NCBI GenBank assembly: GCA_951406725.2
Contig: OX597822.1
Coordinates: 98,084,001-98,148,000 of the forward strand
From: Octopus vulgaris
Taxonomy: Eukaryota
Length of the DNA: 64,000 bases
Direction: 5' to 3'
Position numbers and translations under genes: made by a program. Below are positions 14,242-27,870 of this stretch, in pieces. Numbering within the stretch: position 1 is the first letter of the stretch; each line of letters begins with the position of its first letter. The notes below the pieces were generated by a model. It was not told where the DNA came from. It was given only the letters and a program-made list of their open reading frames with translations, and did not search any database.

Positions 14242-14302
<61 letters not shown>

Positions 14303-14303
14303 A

Positions 14304-14367
<64 letters not shown>

Positions 14368-14513
14368 AATATATACATATATCAACGTCTCAATGTTATA
14401 ATTGCTTGCATCAAATACAGATGCTCAGTTAAAAACTTACTTAGTGCTAGTTGAGGCGTCCAATTTTACATTTTCCTTCGAACAAGAGCACAAAATTTGG
14501 AGTGTAAATAATT

Positions 14514-14890
14514 GATGATGGATGCACTCCGTCGGTTACGACGATGAGGCTTCCGGTTGATCAGAATCAACGGAACAGCCTGCTCGTGAAATTAACGTGT
14601 AAGTGGCTGAGCACTCCACAGACACGTGTACCCTTAACGTAGTTCTCGGGGATATTCAGCGTGACACAGAGAGTGACAAGGCCGGCCCTTTGAAATACAG
14701 GTAGAACAGAAACAGGAAGTAAGAGTGAGAGAAAGTTGTGGTGAAAGAGTACAGCAGGGATCACCACCATCCCCTGCCGGAGCCTCGTGGAGCTTTAGGT
14801 GTTTTCGCTCAATAAACACTCACAACGCCCGGTCTGGGAATCGAAACCGCGATCCTATGACCGCGAGTCCGCTGCCCTAACCACTGGGCC

Positions 14891-14893
<3 letters not shown>
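14514..14893 (-). mobile_element. SINE A1 (tRNA-derived; resembles octopus OR-type SINEs)
   Basis: Head TGGCCCAGTGG (A box) and GGTTTCGATTCC (B box). Near-identical copies at 16823, 20600, 29706 and 57735. Confidence 0.88.
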
Positions 14894-14949
<56 letters not shown>

Positions 14950-15460
14950 ACGTCTCAATGGTATAATTGCTTGCATCAAATACAGATGCTTAGTTAAATA
15001 CTTACTTAGTGCTAGTTGAGGCGTCCAATTTTACATTTTCCTTCGATACAAGAGCGCAAAATTTGGAGTGTAAATAATTATAATTAGTAACAGGCTCTAT
15101 AGATAGGTCTACAAATATATTGCATTCATTAGCATAGCACTGACGTATTCTTCTTCATATATATTTCAACCTTTTCTGTTTGTGTAAGAAAATCGATACT
15201 CTTAAAATTTTTATGAAGGTTGTAAAATTCTTTTATAATCTATTGTAGAGAATTTATTACAAACGGCTTAAACTCATTGAACGCTAATAGCGTATGGAAC
15301 AGAACTACTGTTGCTTTGCTGCCTAGGTGGTACAATAAAGAACGAAGTACGAAATCGGATGTGAATAATGCAAAGCAATAGCAATTTAACTGAATCATTT
15401 AAATCAATCTTGTTGAAAGGTTTTTCATCATTCACGTAAAAATAACATACAACTGGTGTT

Positions 15461-15539
<79 letters not shown>

Positions 15540-15557
15540 GTATATATAAATATTTAT

Positions 15558-16151
15558 GTGGAGGCGCAATGTCCCAGTGGTTAGAGCAGCGGACTCACGG
15601 TTGTAGCATCGCGGTTTCGAGCGAAAACACCTAAAGCTCCACGACGCTCCGGCGATCCCTGCTGTACTCTTTTGCCATAACTTTCTCTCACTCTTTCTTC
15701 TGTTGGCCTGCTCGCTTAGCCAGCGGGGTGGCGTCATTTGAAGGTTAAAGCAATGCGAAACGCATTGTGACCAGCGATGTGGAGCAACATCTGATAGCCT
15801 GGTCGGTCACGGTATCACAGTGATATGTATATATATATATTTATGTGGAGGCGCAATGTCCCAGTGGTTAGAGCAGTGGACTCGTGGTCGGACGATCGCG
15901 GTTTCGATTCCCAGACCTGGCGTTGTGAGTGTTTATTGAGTGAAAACACCTAAAGCTCCACGAGCCTCCAAAAGGTAGTGGTGGCCATCCTTGCTGTACT
16001 GTTTTGCCACAACTTTCTCTCACTCTTTCTTCTGTTGGCCTGCTCGCTTAGCCAGCGGGGTGGCGTCATTTGAAGGCTAAAACAATGCGAAACGCATTGT
16101 GACCAGCGATGTGGAGCAACATCTGATAGCCTGGTCGGTGATCATGGTGAT
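15558..16151 (+). mobile_element. Two tandem SINE A2 copies (same head and body as A1, different 3' tail)
   Basis: Copies at 15558-15824 and 15845-16151; tail gccagcggggtggcgtcatttgaagg..gcgatgtggagcaacatctgatagcctggtcgg. Confidence 0.85.
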
Positions 16152-16204
16152 ATACATATATATAGATCGTGCGCGCGTGTGATTTGTTAACATATTTGTT
16201 AACA

Positions 16205-16600
16205 GGTGTAGCTGTGTGGAAAGTAGCTTGCTCACCAACTACATGGTTCCGGGTTCAGTCTCACTGCGTGAAACCTTAGGCAAGTGTCTTCTACTATAGC
16301 CTCGGGCCGATCAAAGCCTTGTGAGTGGATTTGATAGACGGAAACTGAAAGAAGCCTGTCGTATATATGTATATGTATGTGTGTGTGTGTGTCTGTGTTG
16401 ATCCTCACCCCCACACCCCAACATCGCTTGACAAACGATGCTGGTGTGTTTACGTCCCCGTCACTTAGCGGTTTGGCAATATAGACCGATAGAATAAGTA
16501 CTAGGCTTACAAAGAATAAGCTCTGGGGTTGATATGCTCGACTAAAGGTGGTGCTTTAGCATGGCCACAATCAATTGACTGAAACAAGTAAAAGAGTAAA
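16205..16600 (+). mobile_element. SINE family B
   Basis: Aligns to 10309-10724. Confidence 0.85.
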
Positions 16601-16822
16601 GAAAAAAACATTGAAGGGTTAATTTTTAAAAAAACGTTTCAATACACAACGTATATTTCTAATAACTATTAAACAGGATGTATCAGTTTTCGAAGGTTCT
16701 CCGGATTGACTTCTGACTATACGTATACATACATACATACATACATACATACATACATACATACATACATACATGTATGCATGCATGCATACATACATAC
16801 ATACATACATACATACATACAT

Positions 16823-17204
16823 GGGAAGCACTCCGTCGGTTACGACGATGAGGGTTCCGGTTGATTCGAATCAACGGAACAGCCTGCTCGTGAAATTAAC
16901 GTGTAAGTGGCTGAGCACTCCATAGACACGTGCACCCTTAACGTAGTTCTCGGGGATATTCAGCGTGACACAGAGAAATACGGCCCTTTGAAATACAGGT
17001 ACAACAGAAACAGGAAGTAAGAGTGAGAGAAAGTTGTGGTGAAAGAGTACAGCAAAGATCACCACCATCCCCTGCCGGAGCCTTGTGGAGCCTGTTTAGG
17101 TGTTTTCGCTCAATAAACACTCACAACGCCCGGTCTGGGAATCGAAACCGCGATCCTATGACCGCGAGTCCGCTGCCCTAACCACTGGGCCATTGCGCCT
17201 CCAC
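16823..17204 (-). mobile_element. SINE A1 inserted in (TACA)n
   Basis: Full-length match to the family. Confidence 0.88.
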
Positions 17205-17255
17205 ACATACATACATACATACATACATACATACATACATACATAAATACATACA

Positions 17256-17622
17256 CCCATGGTGGCTGCCCCCTCGTTATAGAGTATGGACATTGCACGA
17301 AGCTTAATCTATGTTGTTATCGTGCAATGCCTGTGCAACATGATTTTTTTTAAATCGAGGAAAGGCTGTGCACTGAGTCAATCCCACTCACTAAGCAACA
17401 GCAGCTATAATCCGAAAAGAAGAACAAGTCAACATCATCGGTAACCACTGAGCCGCAGGTTTTATGTCGGAGTTATCCAAGTTACCTGAGTTACCTTCTC
17501 CTAGAAGGATGCCCTAACAAAGGCTAGGAGTCCTTCACTCCCAATGGTTTAACCGTGCGATCGGGTATTCAGACCGATTATTTGTATGTCCCCGCGCATG
17601 ATACAGCCTTAAGACATAAGAC
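17256..17622 (-). mobile_element. Probable non-autonomous RTE-derived element (5'UTR-like part + 3' tail)
   Basis: On -: ctcctagcctttgttagggcatccttctaggagaagg (RTE 5'-region-like stem), 10-bp hairpin cattgcacga/tcgtgcaatg, RTE-like tail, flanked by (TACA)n. Family call from memory. Confidence 0.45.
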
Positions 17623-17704
17623 ATACGTATACATACATACATACATACATACATATACATATATATATATGCATACATACATACATACATACATATATAC
17701 ATAC

Positions 17705-17765
<61 letters not shown>

Positions 17766-17819
17766 CATATCAAAAAGATCAAAGATATTAAAAAGCCGTC
17801 ACCTGAGCTGCTCCGAAAA

Positions 17820-18470
17820 TCAATCTTTCAGATATTAACTTAGCTATCTCTGAAACATCCCTCGAGGAAGTTGATCCTTTTCTGTATCTTGGAAGTTTTT
17901 TCCGGTAAATATTATTCAGGAAAAGTATTTGTAACATCGAATTGGGCCAGTCCATTCAGCACTTGAAAAACTGGCAAAACTAATGTTTTATCTAGCTGTC
18001 GTTATATTAGCATAATTGAACTCTTGTGAAACATGGACAGTTTGTCGTTGGAATATGAAAAAGCTGGAGCATTTCTATGAAAAGAAGTTCTGTGGTATTT
18101 TAAACATTAAATTGAACTACATAATTATCGATGCTGCGCTAGAATAGAGCCAACAGTCGAAATACAGAATTTGCCGCCGTAAAACACCACCTGCGATGGT
18201 TAGGATGTAGTTAGAGAGGAAGAAGAGAAATGTCATTGTTAAATTTTTTGCAGTGAATTCAACGACAGAGTTAATTCACTGAATAGAACTAACCACTGCG
18301 AAGAAAGACCACGATGACCTCTCTGCCGTTACAAACGTAAACTATCGTAAAGCCTCGAAACGAGAAAAGGGTAAAGCCGTCCCACAGGCGACGCTCTGTT
18401 ACTGCTGGTGCTGACCTTTTAAATCAAATAGAAAAAGAGTTATTGAAGAAAAACAGATGTAACGCAAAAT
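17820..18470 (+). pseudogene. Decayed RTE-clade LINE RT C-terminal fragment
   Basis: LEEVDPFLYLG, SCETWTV..KKLEHF and HLRWLG motifs with stops. Confidence 0.7.
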
Positions 18471-18611
18471 ACAACAGCATCCAATGCTATTTTACTATAT
18501 TTGTTCTAGTTTGTTTCGAGAGAGAATTAAACTCACTAGTCATCGAAACCATGTTCCTATCATGGAGGAACCTCGCAATAACGATGGAATTCAAATTCTC
18601 TGACCCGATTA

Positions 18612-18845
18612 TCTGTTTTTTATTGCCCACAAGGGGCTAAACATAGAGGGGACAAACAAGGACAGACAAACGGATTAAGTCGATTACGTCGACCCCAGTG
18701 CGTAACTGGTACTTAATTTATCGACCCCGAAAGGATGAAAGGCAAAGTCGACCTCGGTGGAATTTGAACTCAGAACGCAACGACAGACTCAGTACCGCTA
18801 AGCATTTCGCCCGGTGTGCTAACGTTTCTGCCAGCTCGCCGCCTT
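18612..18845 (-). mobile_element. SINE family C (tRNA-like head + Meta-domain-like core)
   Basis: On -: ggcggcgagctggcagaaacgttagc..gagttcaaatt..gtcgactttgcctttcatcctttcggggtcgataaattaagtaccag. Further degraded copies near 11330, 14060, 24945, 25280, 26780, 27060, 32960, 52160, 62470, 63070. Confidence 0.85.
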
Positions 18846-19550
18846 TATCGTTTGCACAACGACGATATACAAGTTCATTTACAGCTACAATTTTAGTAAG
18901 TTACTCCATTGGCCTTGACGATTTCTGTTCCAGTTGTGAAATCTACGGAATGGCCTACACAATGAATAAGCGAGGATGGTGAGTATTTCACAGATATGTG
19001 TAGCCTTGAAGTAATTCCCTAGAAGAAGCAATGTAACACTGTGTGTAGCAAGGCAAACCCATTCATTTAGAAGTGTAGTCCATTCAAAATGGTTTACCAA
19101 ACAGCTTTCGCCAACTCATTTCCCTTCCCAATCTCTGAATCGACCCGAGGCTTTGGTAAAACACATGTTCGAGATACCATTCTGTAATATGGAACTAGAA
19201 ATTCGCTGATTGGGAAGCTATCTTCTTAAAAATTTGACTATGCATGCTACACACACAGACACACACACACACAGACACACACACACACAGACACAAACAA
19301 CAAACATATATATCACGTGTAAATAGGTGTGTGTTTTAAAAGATTTTGATCTTGGGATTAATGCATCAGAGAATGAACCGAACTAATGACTTAATAGAAA
19401 TCCAGTGCCTCAATATTTATTAAACAAAACGAATATAGATTCAAACGTCCGACAAATCCGTTTGTCAAACAGACAGATAATCCGATCTGCTGGAACTGAA
19501 TCAAATTAATACCGTCTGATTAATGTTTGCGTGTGTATGTTTGTTCATAC

Positions 19551-19586
<36 letters not shown>

Positions 19587-19713
19587 AGAAATGTAGGCAT
19601 GTGTGTGTGTGTGTGTCTATGTGTACATCTACTGCAGAATCATGTAGTGCGGCATAAAATATGTATATACACTATACATGTTTACGTTTATTTTTTGTAT
19701 AAACACACACACA

Positions 19714-19744
<31 letters not shown>

Positions 19745-19961
19745 GTCTGTGTGTGTGTGTATATATGCTTACTTGTGAACACAAGCAGAGCTTTGTGTGC
19801 ATGTTGCCATGCGATTTTAATTCTGGCAAGGATACGTAACAGAAATGACACATAACATAGCTGAAGATTTCTTGCAATGTCACGCAAATTTGGTAACTAT
19901 TTTAACAACGTAATTTCCTGTCTTTTGAAAAATGTTTCGAAGCGGCTGAATAATAATGATG

Positions 19962-20006
<45 letters not shown>

Positions 20007-20599
20007 TCAACGAATTAAGAAAACATTAATATATTAGAACGTAAAATGAGAGGGGTGATAAAGAAGAAGCATAAATATCTTGAAATAGAAAACTATAATA
20101 TACTGAAAAAATATATGAATGTCGTTATTGAGGAGTATAAATAAGGATGGAAGCTGAAATTTCCAAGCTGCAAAGGTGTGAATAAAGACCACAACAATAG
20201 TGTTAATAGAACGTATGATCAGAGAAGAGTGTACCAAGGTCTCGAGAAAGGGTGATACAGGATGCAGAAGAAAGCAAAAAAATTTGGTCAAACGTTTGAG
20301 CTAACGAGGTATAGAATAATGAAAATGGTAAATGGCTGAAGGAATAGAGGGAAAACAAATGAGAAGTAATCTGATATTGAAATAACAGTAACGGTATAGA
20401 ATGCATGCAAGCCCAAAAAATTCTCAGTAGGAAAGCGCCTGGACTTCATGGTGTCCAGGGCTTTTTACACGAACAAATTGAACTGCGATAAATGACTTGA
20501 TAAACAACCAGGCAGATATACACATATGAATAACACAGGACAGTACCCTGTCAGAAGGACACTGCTAAAGCAATTTATTAGATAGCTATAGACCTATAT

Positions 20600-20985
20600 G
20601 TGGAGGTGCAATGGCCCAGTGGTTAGGGCAGCGGACTCGCGGTCATAGGATCGCGGTTTCGATTCCCAGACCGGGCGTTGTGAGTGTTTATTGAGCGAAA
20701 ACACCTAAAAGCTCCACGAGGCTCCGGCAGGGGATGGTGGTGATCCCTGCTGTACTCTTTCACCACAACTTTCTCTCACTCTTACTTCCTGTTTCTGTTG
20801 TACCTGTATTTCAAAGGGCCGGCCTTGTCACTCTCTGTGTCACGCTGAATATCCCCGAGAACTACGTTAAGAGTGCACGTGTCTGTGGAGTACTCAGCCA
20901 CTTACACGTTAATTTCACGAGCAGGCTGTTCCGTTGATTCGGATCAACCGGAACCCTCATCGTCGTAACCGACGGAGTGCTTCCG
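20600..20985 (+). mobile_element. SINE A1 with 11-bp TSD TAGACCTATAT, nested in the Dong-like RT
   Basis: TSD at 20589-20599 and 20986-20996. Confidence 0.92.
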
Positions 20986-21460
20986 TAGACCTATATCTTT
21001 CTGGCCACTCATGTGGAAATTTGTGATTGGAATCATCTCTGAGACCAAGTGTAAGTTCCTTGAGGAGGACGAAATTCTACAGAGAGAGAAGAAAGTGTCT
21101 AAAGCGAATAACAGGGTACACAATATCAATTACTTATTGATAAAACAATACTTGCGGATTGTTAAAAAGAGAGGACGTGAATTTAGTCATGGCATGGGTG
21201 GACTATAAGGAAGTCTGAGACATGATATCCCATTACTGAATATGAGAGTACCTGAAATTTATTCAAGTGCCAGACAATGTTAAGTTCCTGCAGAGAACAG
21301 TTCGGATCTGTTAACATACGAAGCAGTATGCTTAGACAGCCTATCACCACTCTTATTTGTCATCTGCATGCCCCCCACCACCACTACTGACCAAAGTCCT
21401 TAGAAAAGTGAAAATGGCATATGTATATAGATCAACCATCTTTTATTCATGAGTGTTTAA

Positions 21461-21680
21461 CCCTTTAGTGTTTAAACCGGCCATATCTGGCCCAGATATT
21501 CCACATGTTTTATATTCAAACTGGCGATATCTGGCCTCTCACACCTAACCTACAATGTCATTCTAAAAATAGACAATAACATCATTGAAACCTCAAAGAT
21601 ATAACATAATGCATGATTAATTCAAAACAAATTGAGTGAAAAAGTATTATATTTAACAGAGTAATCTGAACACTGAAGGG
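21461..21680. mobile_element. piggyBac-type MITE
   Basis: TTAA on both sides; TIRs CCCTTTAGTGTT / AACACTGAAGGG. It splits the Dong-like RT at the LLFM..LKLFAK catalytic segment. Confidence 0.85.
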
Positions 21681-23379
21681 TTAAAGTTATTTGCGAAAGA
21701 TAAGAACGAAACTGACAGCTTAACATAAATGGCACTTTCGGTCTGTCAATCTGTCCGTTACCCTCTTGCTGCCTACATCAGTTAATCAATCTTCATGAAA
21801 CTTCGTATTCATGTTAAACTAACATCCAGTTCAATTTTAGGTCAATTGGATGTCAATAAAAATCTATAACGGTACCCCTAGGTGGGGTTGGGCTATTATT
21901 TGATAAAATGGGAAAGGTGCAAGAGTGTTAGTGCGAGAGAAATGTAGTGGCATGATGTGTGTGTCTGATATCATGGAAGGGGAGAACAGCGTCGTGTAAG
22001 CGACAAATATGGAATGGCAGTGGATGGTAACGTTAATACAATTGCCATCCAGGGATAAGGATAGGTATTTAGGAGTACTTGAATTGGATAAGATGAAAGA
22101 AAAGGAAATGATGTTCAAAAAGAATATCTTAGGCAGGTGAAACTTGTAATGTCGTCTAAATTAAATGGAGGAAATAAGATCAAGTCAGCGAATACACCGG
22201 CCATGTCTCACATGCGCTAAGGAGCAGAAGTTTTTAAATGGAAGAAAAAAGTATTGACAGAAAAAGTAGGAAGTTGAGGATAGTGCATGAAGGACTCCAC
22301 CCTTGGAGTCATGTTGCGAGAGTTTATGTTGGAAGAAAGTAAGGCGGCAGAGGAGTAATAAGTTGTGAAAATAACGTCAAAAGCAAAGAAAATAACCTAG
22401 CTTGGTACCTTAAAAATGTAAAGGTTAAAATCATGTCAAAAGAAACCACGACACACTGTATTCTATGGACGCAGCAAGACAGAACGAATGCAAGAGGAGA
22501 GAGAAAAAAAAACTTGACAAGGAATGGAAGGAAAAACATATGCAAGAGAAGTAAGTACTAAAGATACAGTAGGCATTGTTGGGATAAGAGCTGGCTCGGA
22601 ATGGCGATCTGAGAGGATGCACTAAAGGTTTGGTGTGCAGCGCCCAGAAGCAGGGTCTCTGAACTAACTAAATTAAACATCATGTTGACAAAACGAAAGA
22701 ATCACCATTATGTAGAATGTGCGGAACAAAAGGAGAAACGGTCAACTGTTTTCTAAGCGAATATGCTAAGTTGGCACAGCGAGAGAAAAGACTACATGAC
22801 AATGTTGCCAGATATATCCACTAAATGTTATCTGACAAATGTGGTTTTGTCAGAGCAGCTAAATGGTGTGAGTAGAAACCAGAAACAGCGTTAGAGAATG
22901 TCAAATCTAAGCTTTTGTTGGACTTCACAATTCTGTGAGACAAAATGACTGCGGAAAAACGCCAGACATTGTAGTTATCAACAAGATATAAAAAGGTTCA
23001 AATTATCGATATTTCTCTCTCAGGTTGTTGAGTGAAAAATAAAGAGCAAGGAAATATGGATAAGCATGAGCCACTGAAGAAGGTGGTTAGGAATTTGTAG
23101 GGATGAAGATTTTTGTGATTCCAGTGGTGATGAGAGCATTGAAATGTGAATCGGACAGTTTCGAGGCCTGAGTAAACAAAATCGGAACTGATGCACGGTT
23201 ACAGGTTATGTTACAGGTCTTGCTACGGCAGGAATTTTAGGAAAAGTGTTATCTATGTAAGGTACAGACGAGGAAGCACGGGGGATCTATAAGAATTGTT
23301 ACTGACTTCTCCCGATATAAGAAAAAAAAATGTCCGGACCGTTTAAGAGCTGACCGAGGTTTATAAAAATTACAATAAA

Positions 23380-23416
<37 letters not shown>

Positions 23417-23418
<2 letters not shown>

Positions 23419-23815
23419 GCCCTGATGCAGGACCAGACAGTGGCTCTCATGGCTTCCGATCTTAACTGATTGGAAGTGTTATGTACATTGTTTGTCTTGG
23501 TATAAAAGATGGGCTACAGCAAATATTCTGCTCAATACCACAGATTTGCTTGTCGGTTGTTTGACCTTAACCAGTTGAGCATGACCCTTAGTGGCTGACG
23601 ATATGTGCATCTTTGATCACGAGCAGAAGTAGTGGGGGAGCATCATAGCCGTGTGTTGAAAGGAATTCTTGGAGGTTTGGATAATTCACCTTTGGAAACA
23701 TGGGTGTTTCGTTCAACATCTTTAAACAACCCTTATTCAGGGACCTTTTGAGCGGGATGGGCTACTCGACTTGAATATTATTATAACTGAGCCTCACCTG
23801 CAAGGTCTTATGCTG
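23417..23815 (+). mobile_element. (TAA)n-associated non-coding repeat family (other copies 27418-27832, 33620-33895, 25711-25818)
   Basis: Shared sequence gaccttaaccagttgagcatg..tggctgacgatatgtgcatc..; every copy abuts (TAA)n. Confidence 0.75.
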
Positions 23816-25164
23816 AGAATTGCTCTCAGAAGTGGTTTATACTTGGGAATTTTGATCCATAATTCTAATAGAATAAAGTCAAGGATTTCGGCAAAGCTAT
23901 AAGGTTTGACTTTGGAATTGCAGTCAAACTTGTGCGATCCTTTGCAGCTTTATCCACAAGAGTCTCCTGCTGGAAGTGACTCCCAAAGTATAGAGTCAGC
24001 TTATGTGGATGACGTCCACATACGTAACAACGTCGAATGTTTCGGAAGGGCCTAGATGGCTTAGGTGATGTACTACCACCGCTGTGTTATGCCCTGTCCA
24101 AGGAAACATCTGACTACATTATGCCACACGCACTTTCATTTAATATCGTAGAGTGGGATGTTATGGGTCGCTGAGTACAAAAAACGACATGACAGTGTTG
24201 TTAGATATATCAACTAAAACTTATCTGAGAAATATGGGTTTGTCAGAGCAGCTAAATGGCGTCACTACCCTTTCCAGTTCAGTCTAGCGATTCCATGTCT
24301 GGTGATCTTTAAGCAACTGCTGAGATAACGACATATGTGGAAAAAAATTCTATAATGGCAACGGTGAACGAGTGTGATAACCGTATGTGAGACACGTTTT
24401 ACTGCTGCTTGTCTCTTTGACTTTGTTGGAAACCAAAGTTGGATGTCTGCCTAAACAAGAATTAATTATTATATAACAATTTCAAAAACAACAAATATAT
24501 TCTTGAGCAAGGGAAAGGTCTGTACTAAGAACAACATGAATAAAGGTGAGGAGAAAAATTAAATTTATCGTAACAATGAAACGAAGACAATTTATCCCTT
24601 CAAGGAATAGTTTCCAATCAAAACAACACGCGAGCATCAATTAGACGAGAAAATTACGGTTTACATTTGAACTTTGTATTACTAATGAACACAGGGTACT
24701 TTCATAAAATTTAAAACTGTTTCTGATTAATATTGATTTTTAGCAGCCAAATATAGAATTTTAATTAAACGCATTGTATGTTTACTCCATGTTAACACAT
24801 CGTTGTCACGGTGAGGAATAACGATTTGTCAGCTTCGGCTATGCTGGTTGGATGTTGGACATATTTGATTTTATTAGCAATGTTGTCAGATAACATCATT
24901 TATAATGATAAACGTAGCATTATTAATAATAGTAATTATAATAATCCCTTCTACTATAAGCACAAGGCCTGAAATTTGTGCGGAGGGGACTAGTCGATTA
25001 CATCGACCCCCCCCCACTGTTTCGCTGGTACTCAATTTATCGACCCCGAAAGGCTGAAAGACAAAGTCGACCTCGGCGGAATTTGAACTCAGAACGTAAT
25101 GACAGACGAAATACTGCTAAGCATTTCGTCCGCCTTGCTAACGATTCTGCCAGCTCACCGCCTG

Positions 25165-25211
<47 letters not shown>

Positions 25212-25215
25212 CGAC

Positions 25216-25272
<57 letters not shown>

Positions 25273-25508
25273 TTTTTCTACAATTGGTACAGGGTCTGAA
25301 ATTTTAGTAGTAAAGGGCTAGTCGATTACGTCGACCCTAATGAGTCAGTGGTAATTATTTTAACGACACCGAAAGGATGAAAACCAAAGTCGATCTCGGC
25401 GGAATTTGAACTCAGAGCATAAAGGCAGATGAAATGTTGCCAATGATTCTGCCAGCACACCGTCTATAATAATTCCAATGGAGAAAAAAAAAAAAAAAAA
25501 ATATATAT

Positions 25509-25816
25509 ATCAAAATCAAGGAACGGCCATAATAGGCCATTCACCCACTAGAAATAACAGCCAAAGCTTCAACCGCAAAACAACATTAATTCCGCAAACC
25601 AGGAGAAAATTAAAAAAACATTTACCCTGTAGTTCCTTATACGATGCACCGTTCCATCTATTGTTTAATGGTAAACTAACCTGATTAAATTAAATCAAGC
25701 TAGTCTTTAACATGTGCCTGGTGTACCCTTATCAGACGGGTAGTCATGATGGGTATATTGGGCTTCGTATATTTTACCCCAGTGTCACTTTGATGGCATG
25801 AACTGCTCTCTCACTC

Positions 25817-25870
<54 letters not shown>

Positions 25871-26173
25871 CCCCAACTTCTGGTTGAAATATCTAAGAGG
25901 AATGTACAAAAAGCTTGCTGAAAACTTTAACAACATGCTAGCAGAGCCAGAGATAATGCCTGAATGCCTCACGAAGGGGAAAAACCATTTAATTTAATCA
26001 GGTTAGTTTACCATTAAACAATAGATGAAACGGTGCATCGTATAAGGAACTACAGGGTAAATGTTTTTTTAATTTTCTCCTGGTTTGCGGAATTAATGTT
26101 GTTTTGCGGTTGAAGCTTTGGCTGTTATTTCTAGTGGGTGAATGGCCTATTATGGCCGTTCCTTGATTTTGAT
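25509..26173. repeat. 187-bp inverted repeat (25509-25695 / 25987-26173) enclosing a copy of 27726-27988
   Basis: About one mismatch between the arms. Spacer 25711-25988 is near-identical to 27726-27988. Confidence 0.92.
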
Positions 26174-26267
26174 GTTGAATTTATAAATGGTCTATGACTA
26201 TTTAATTTTTTCCCACTAGGCCGCTGGTGGCAAAAAATTCTACGAAATTTTTTGCCACCCTATATTG

Positions 26268-26381
<114 letters not shown>

Positions 26382-27387
26382 GGTTGGGGGGAGAAGGTAT
26401 GTTTTATTCTACATTTGTTTGTTCAAATCGCAGGCACAGCAGAAACGTTTAAGATAATGAAACTATTAGTGAAATTACCATTAGTTAGCAAATAACTGTG
26501 GATGTTACACTTTTTATGTTTTACTTTAAATGCTTACGAGTATTATGAGAATAGACTTAAGCATACGTTGCCAGAAGGGACAATAGATATGATAGTTAAT
26601 TAGAGAGAGAGACAGATGAAAAAAGGTGCTGACAGAGGAATACTGACAGATGTAATATACAAATTGATAGATATTTGAACTCAAATGAAGTGTTATATCT
26701 AAAAGTACAACTTTGATTAAATGACAAGTTTTGAAAAAAAATTATTTGAAATTCTTTCTTTGAGTTAAATATATTATTTTCAAATTTTGGCACAAGTACA
26801 GCAAGTTCGTGGGAGGGTGTCAATCGATTACATCGATCCCAATGCTCAGCTGGTACTTATCTTATCGACCCCGACAGGATGAAAGGCAAAGTCGACTCCG
26901 GTGGATTTTGAACTCAAAACGTAAAGACCGATGAAATGCTGCTAAATATTTTGTCCGGCATGCTGACGATCCAGCCAGCTCGCCGCCTTGTTTGGATTTC
27001 CTATATGAACGTTTTCAAATATGTTGGGGAATTTCGGCGGTCCCGCGAGTAATAATAATCTTCTCTACAATAGGAAACACAGGTAGGCGCTAGTCAACTA
27101 CATGGACCCCAGTGCTCAACTGATACTGATTTCATCGACCCCGAAAGGATAGAATGCAAAGTCGATCTCGGCGGAATTTGAACTCAAAACGTCCGGCGAG
27201 CAAACGATTCTGCCAGCTTGCCGCCTTCTTTTTTTAATTTATCATTCATAAAATAATAAGAGTTTCAAAGGCCAGCAATTTCAGGGAAGGCGTTATGTCA
27301 ATTACATTGACTCTACTGCTTGAAAGGCATCCTCGACGTCGCTAATCATTTTGTCCGGCGTGCTAACAATCCTGCTGGCTCACTGGC

Positions 27388-27418
<31 letters not shown>

Positions 27419-27831
27419 AGTTGTTTGACCTTAACCAGTTGATAATGTCCCTTAGTGGCTGACGATATGTGCATCTCTGATCACGAGTAGAAGTAGTGGG
27501 GGAGCATCATAGTCGTGTGTTGAGAGGGATTCTTTGGGGTTTGAATAATTCACCTCCGGAAACATGGGTGGTTCTTTCAACATCCTTAAACAATCCTTAT
27601 TCAGGGACCTTTTGAGCGGATGGGCTACTCAACCTGAAGAAAATTCTAACTGGGCCCCACCTGCAAGGCCATGTGCTGTTTATCTTGATATGAAATCACC
27701 ATGTCGCGCACATATGGTTGTGATGCATGTGCCTGGTGTACCCTTATCAGACAGGTAGTCATGATGGGTATATTGGGCTTCGTATATTTTACCCCAGTGT
27801 CACTTTGATGGCATGAACTGCTCTCTCACTC

Positions 27832-27870
<39 letters not shown>

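Larger units (their letters stand above)
20010..23390 (+). pseudogene. Heavily decayed R4/Dong-like RLE non-LTR retrotransposon between (TAA)n tracts
   Basis: KAPGLHGVQG, SYRPI..PLMWK, AWVDY, DSLSPLLFVICM, INHLLFM, YLGVLE, SPLCRMCG, RPDIVV, IIDIS remnants. (TAA)n on both sides. Confidence 0.8.

Noticed and set aside
14567-14770. Recurrent MVVIPAVLFHHNFLSLLLP ORF (five or more copies)
   Set aside because: Lies inside SINE A1; it repeats because the SINE does.
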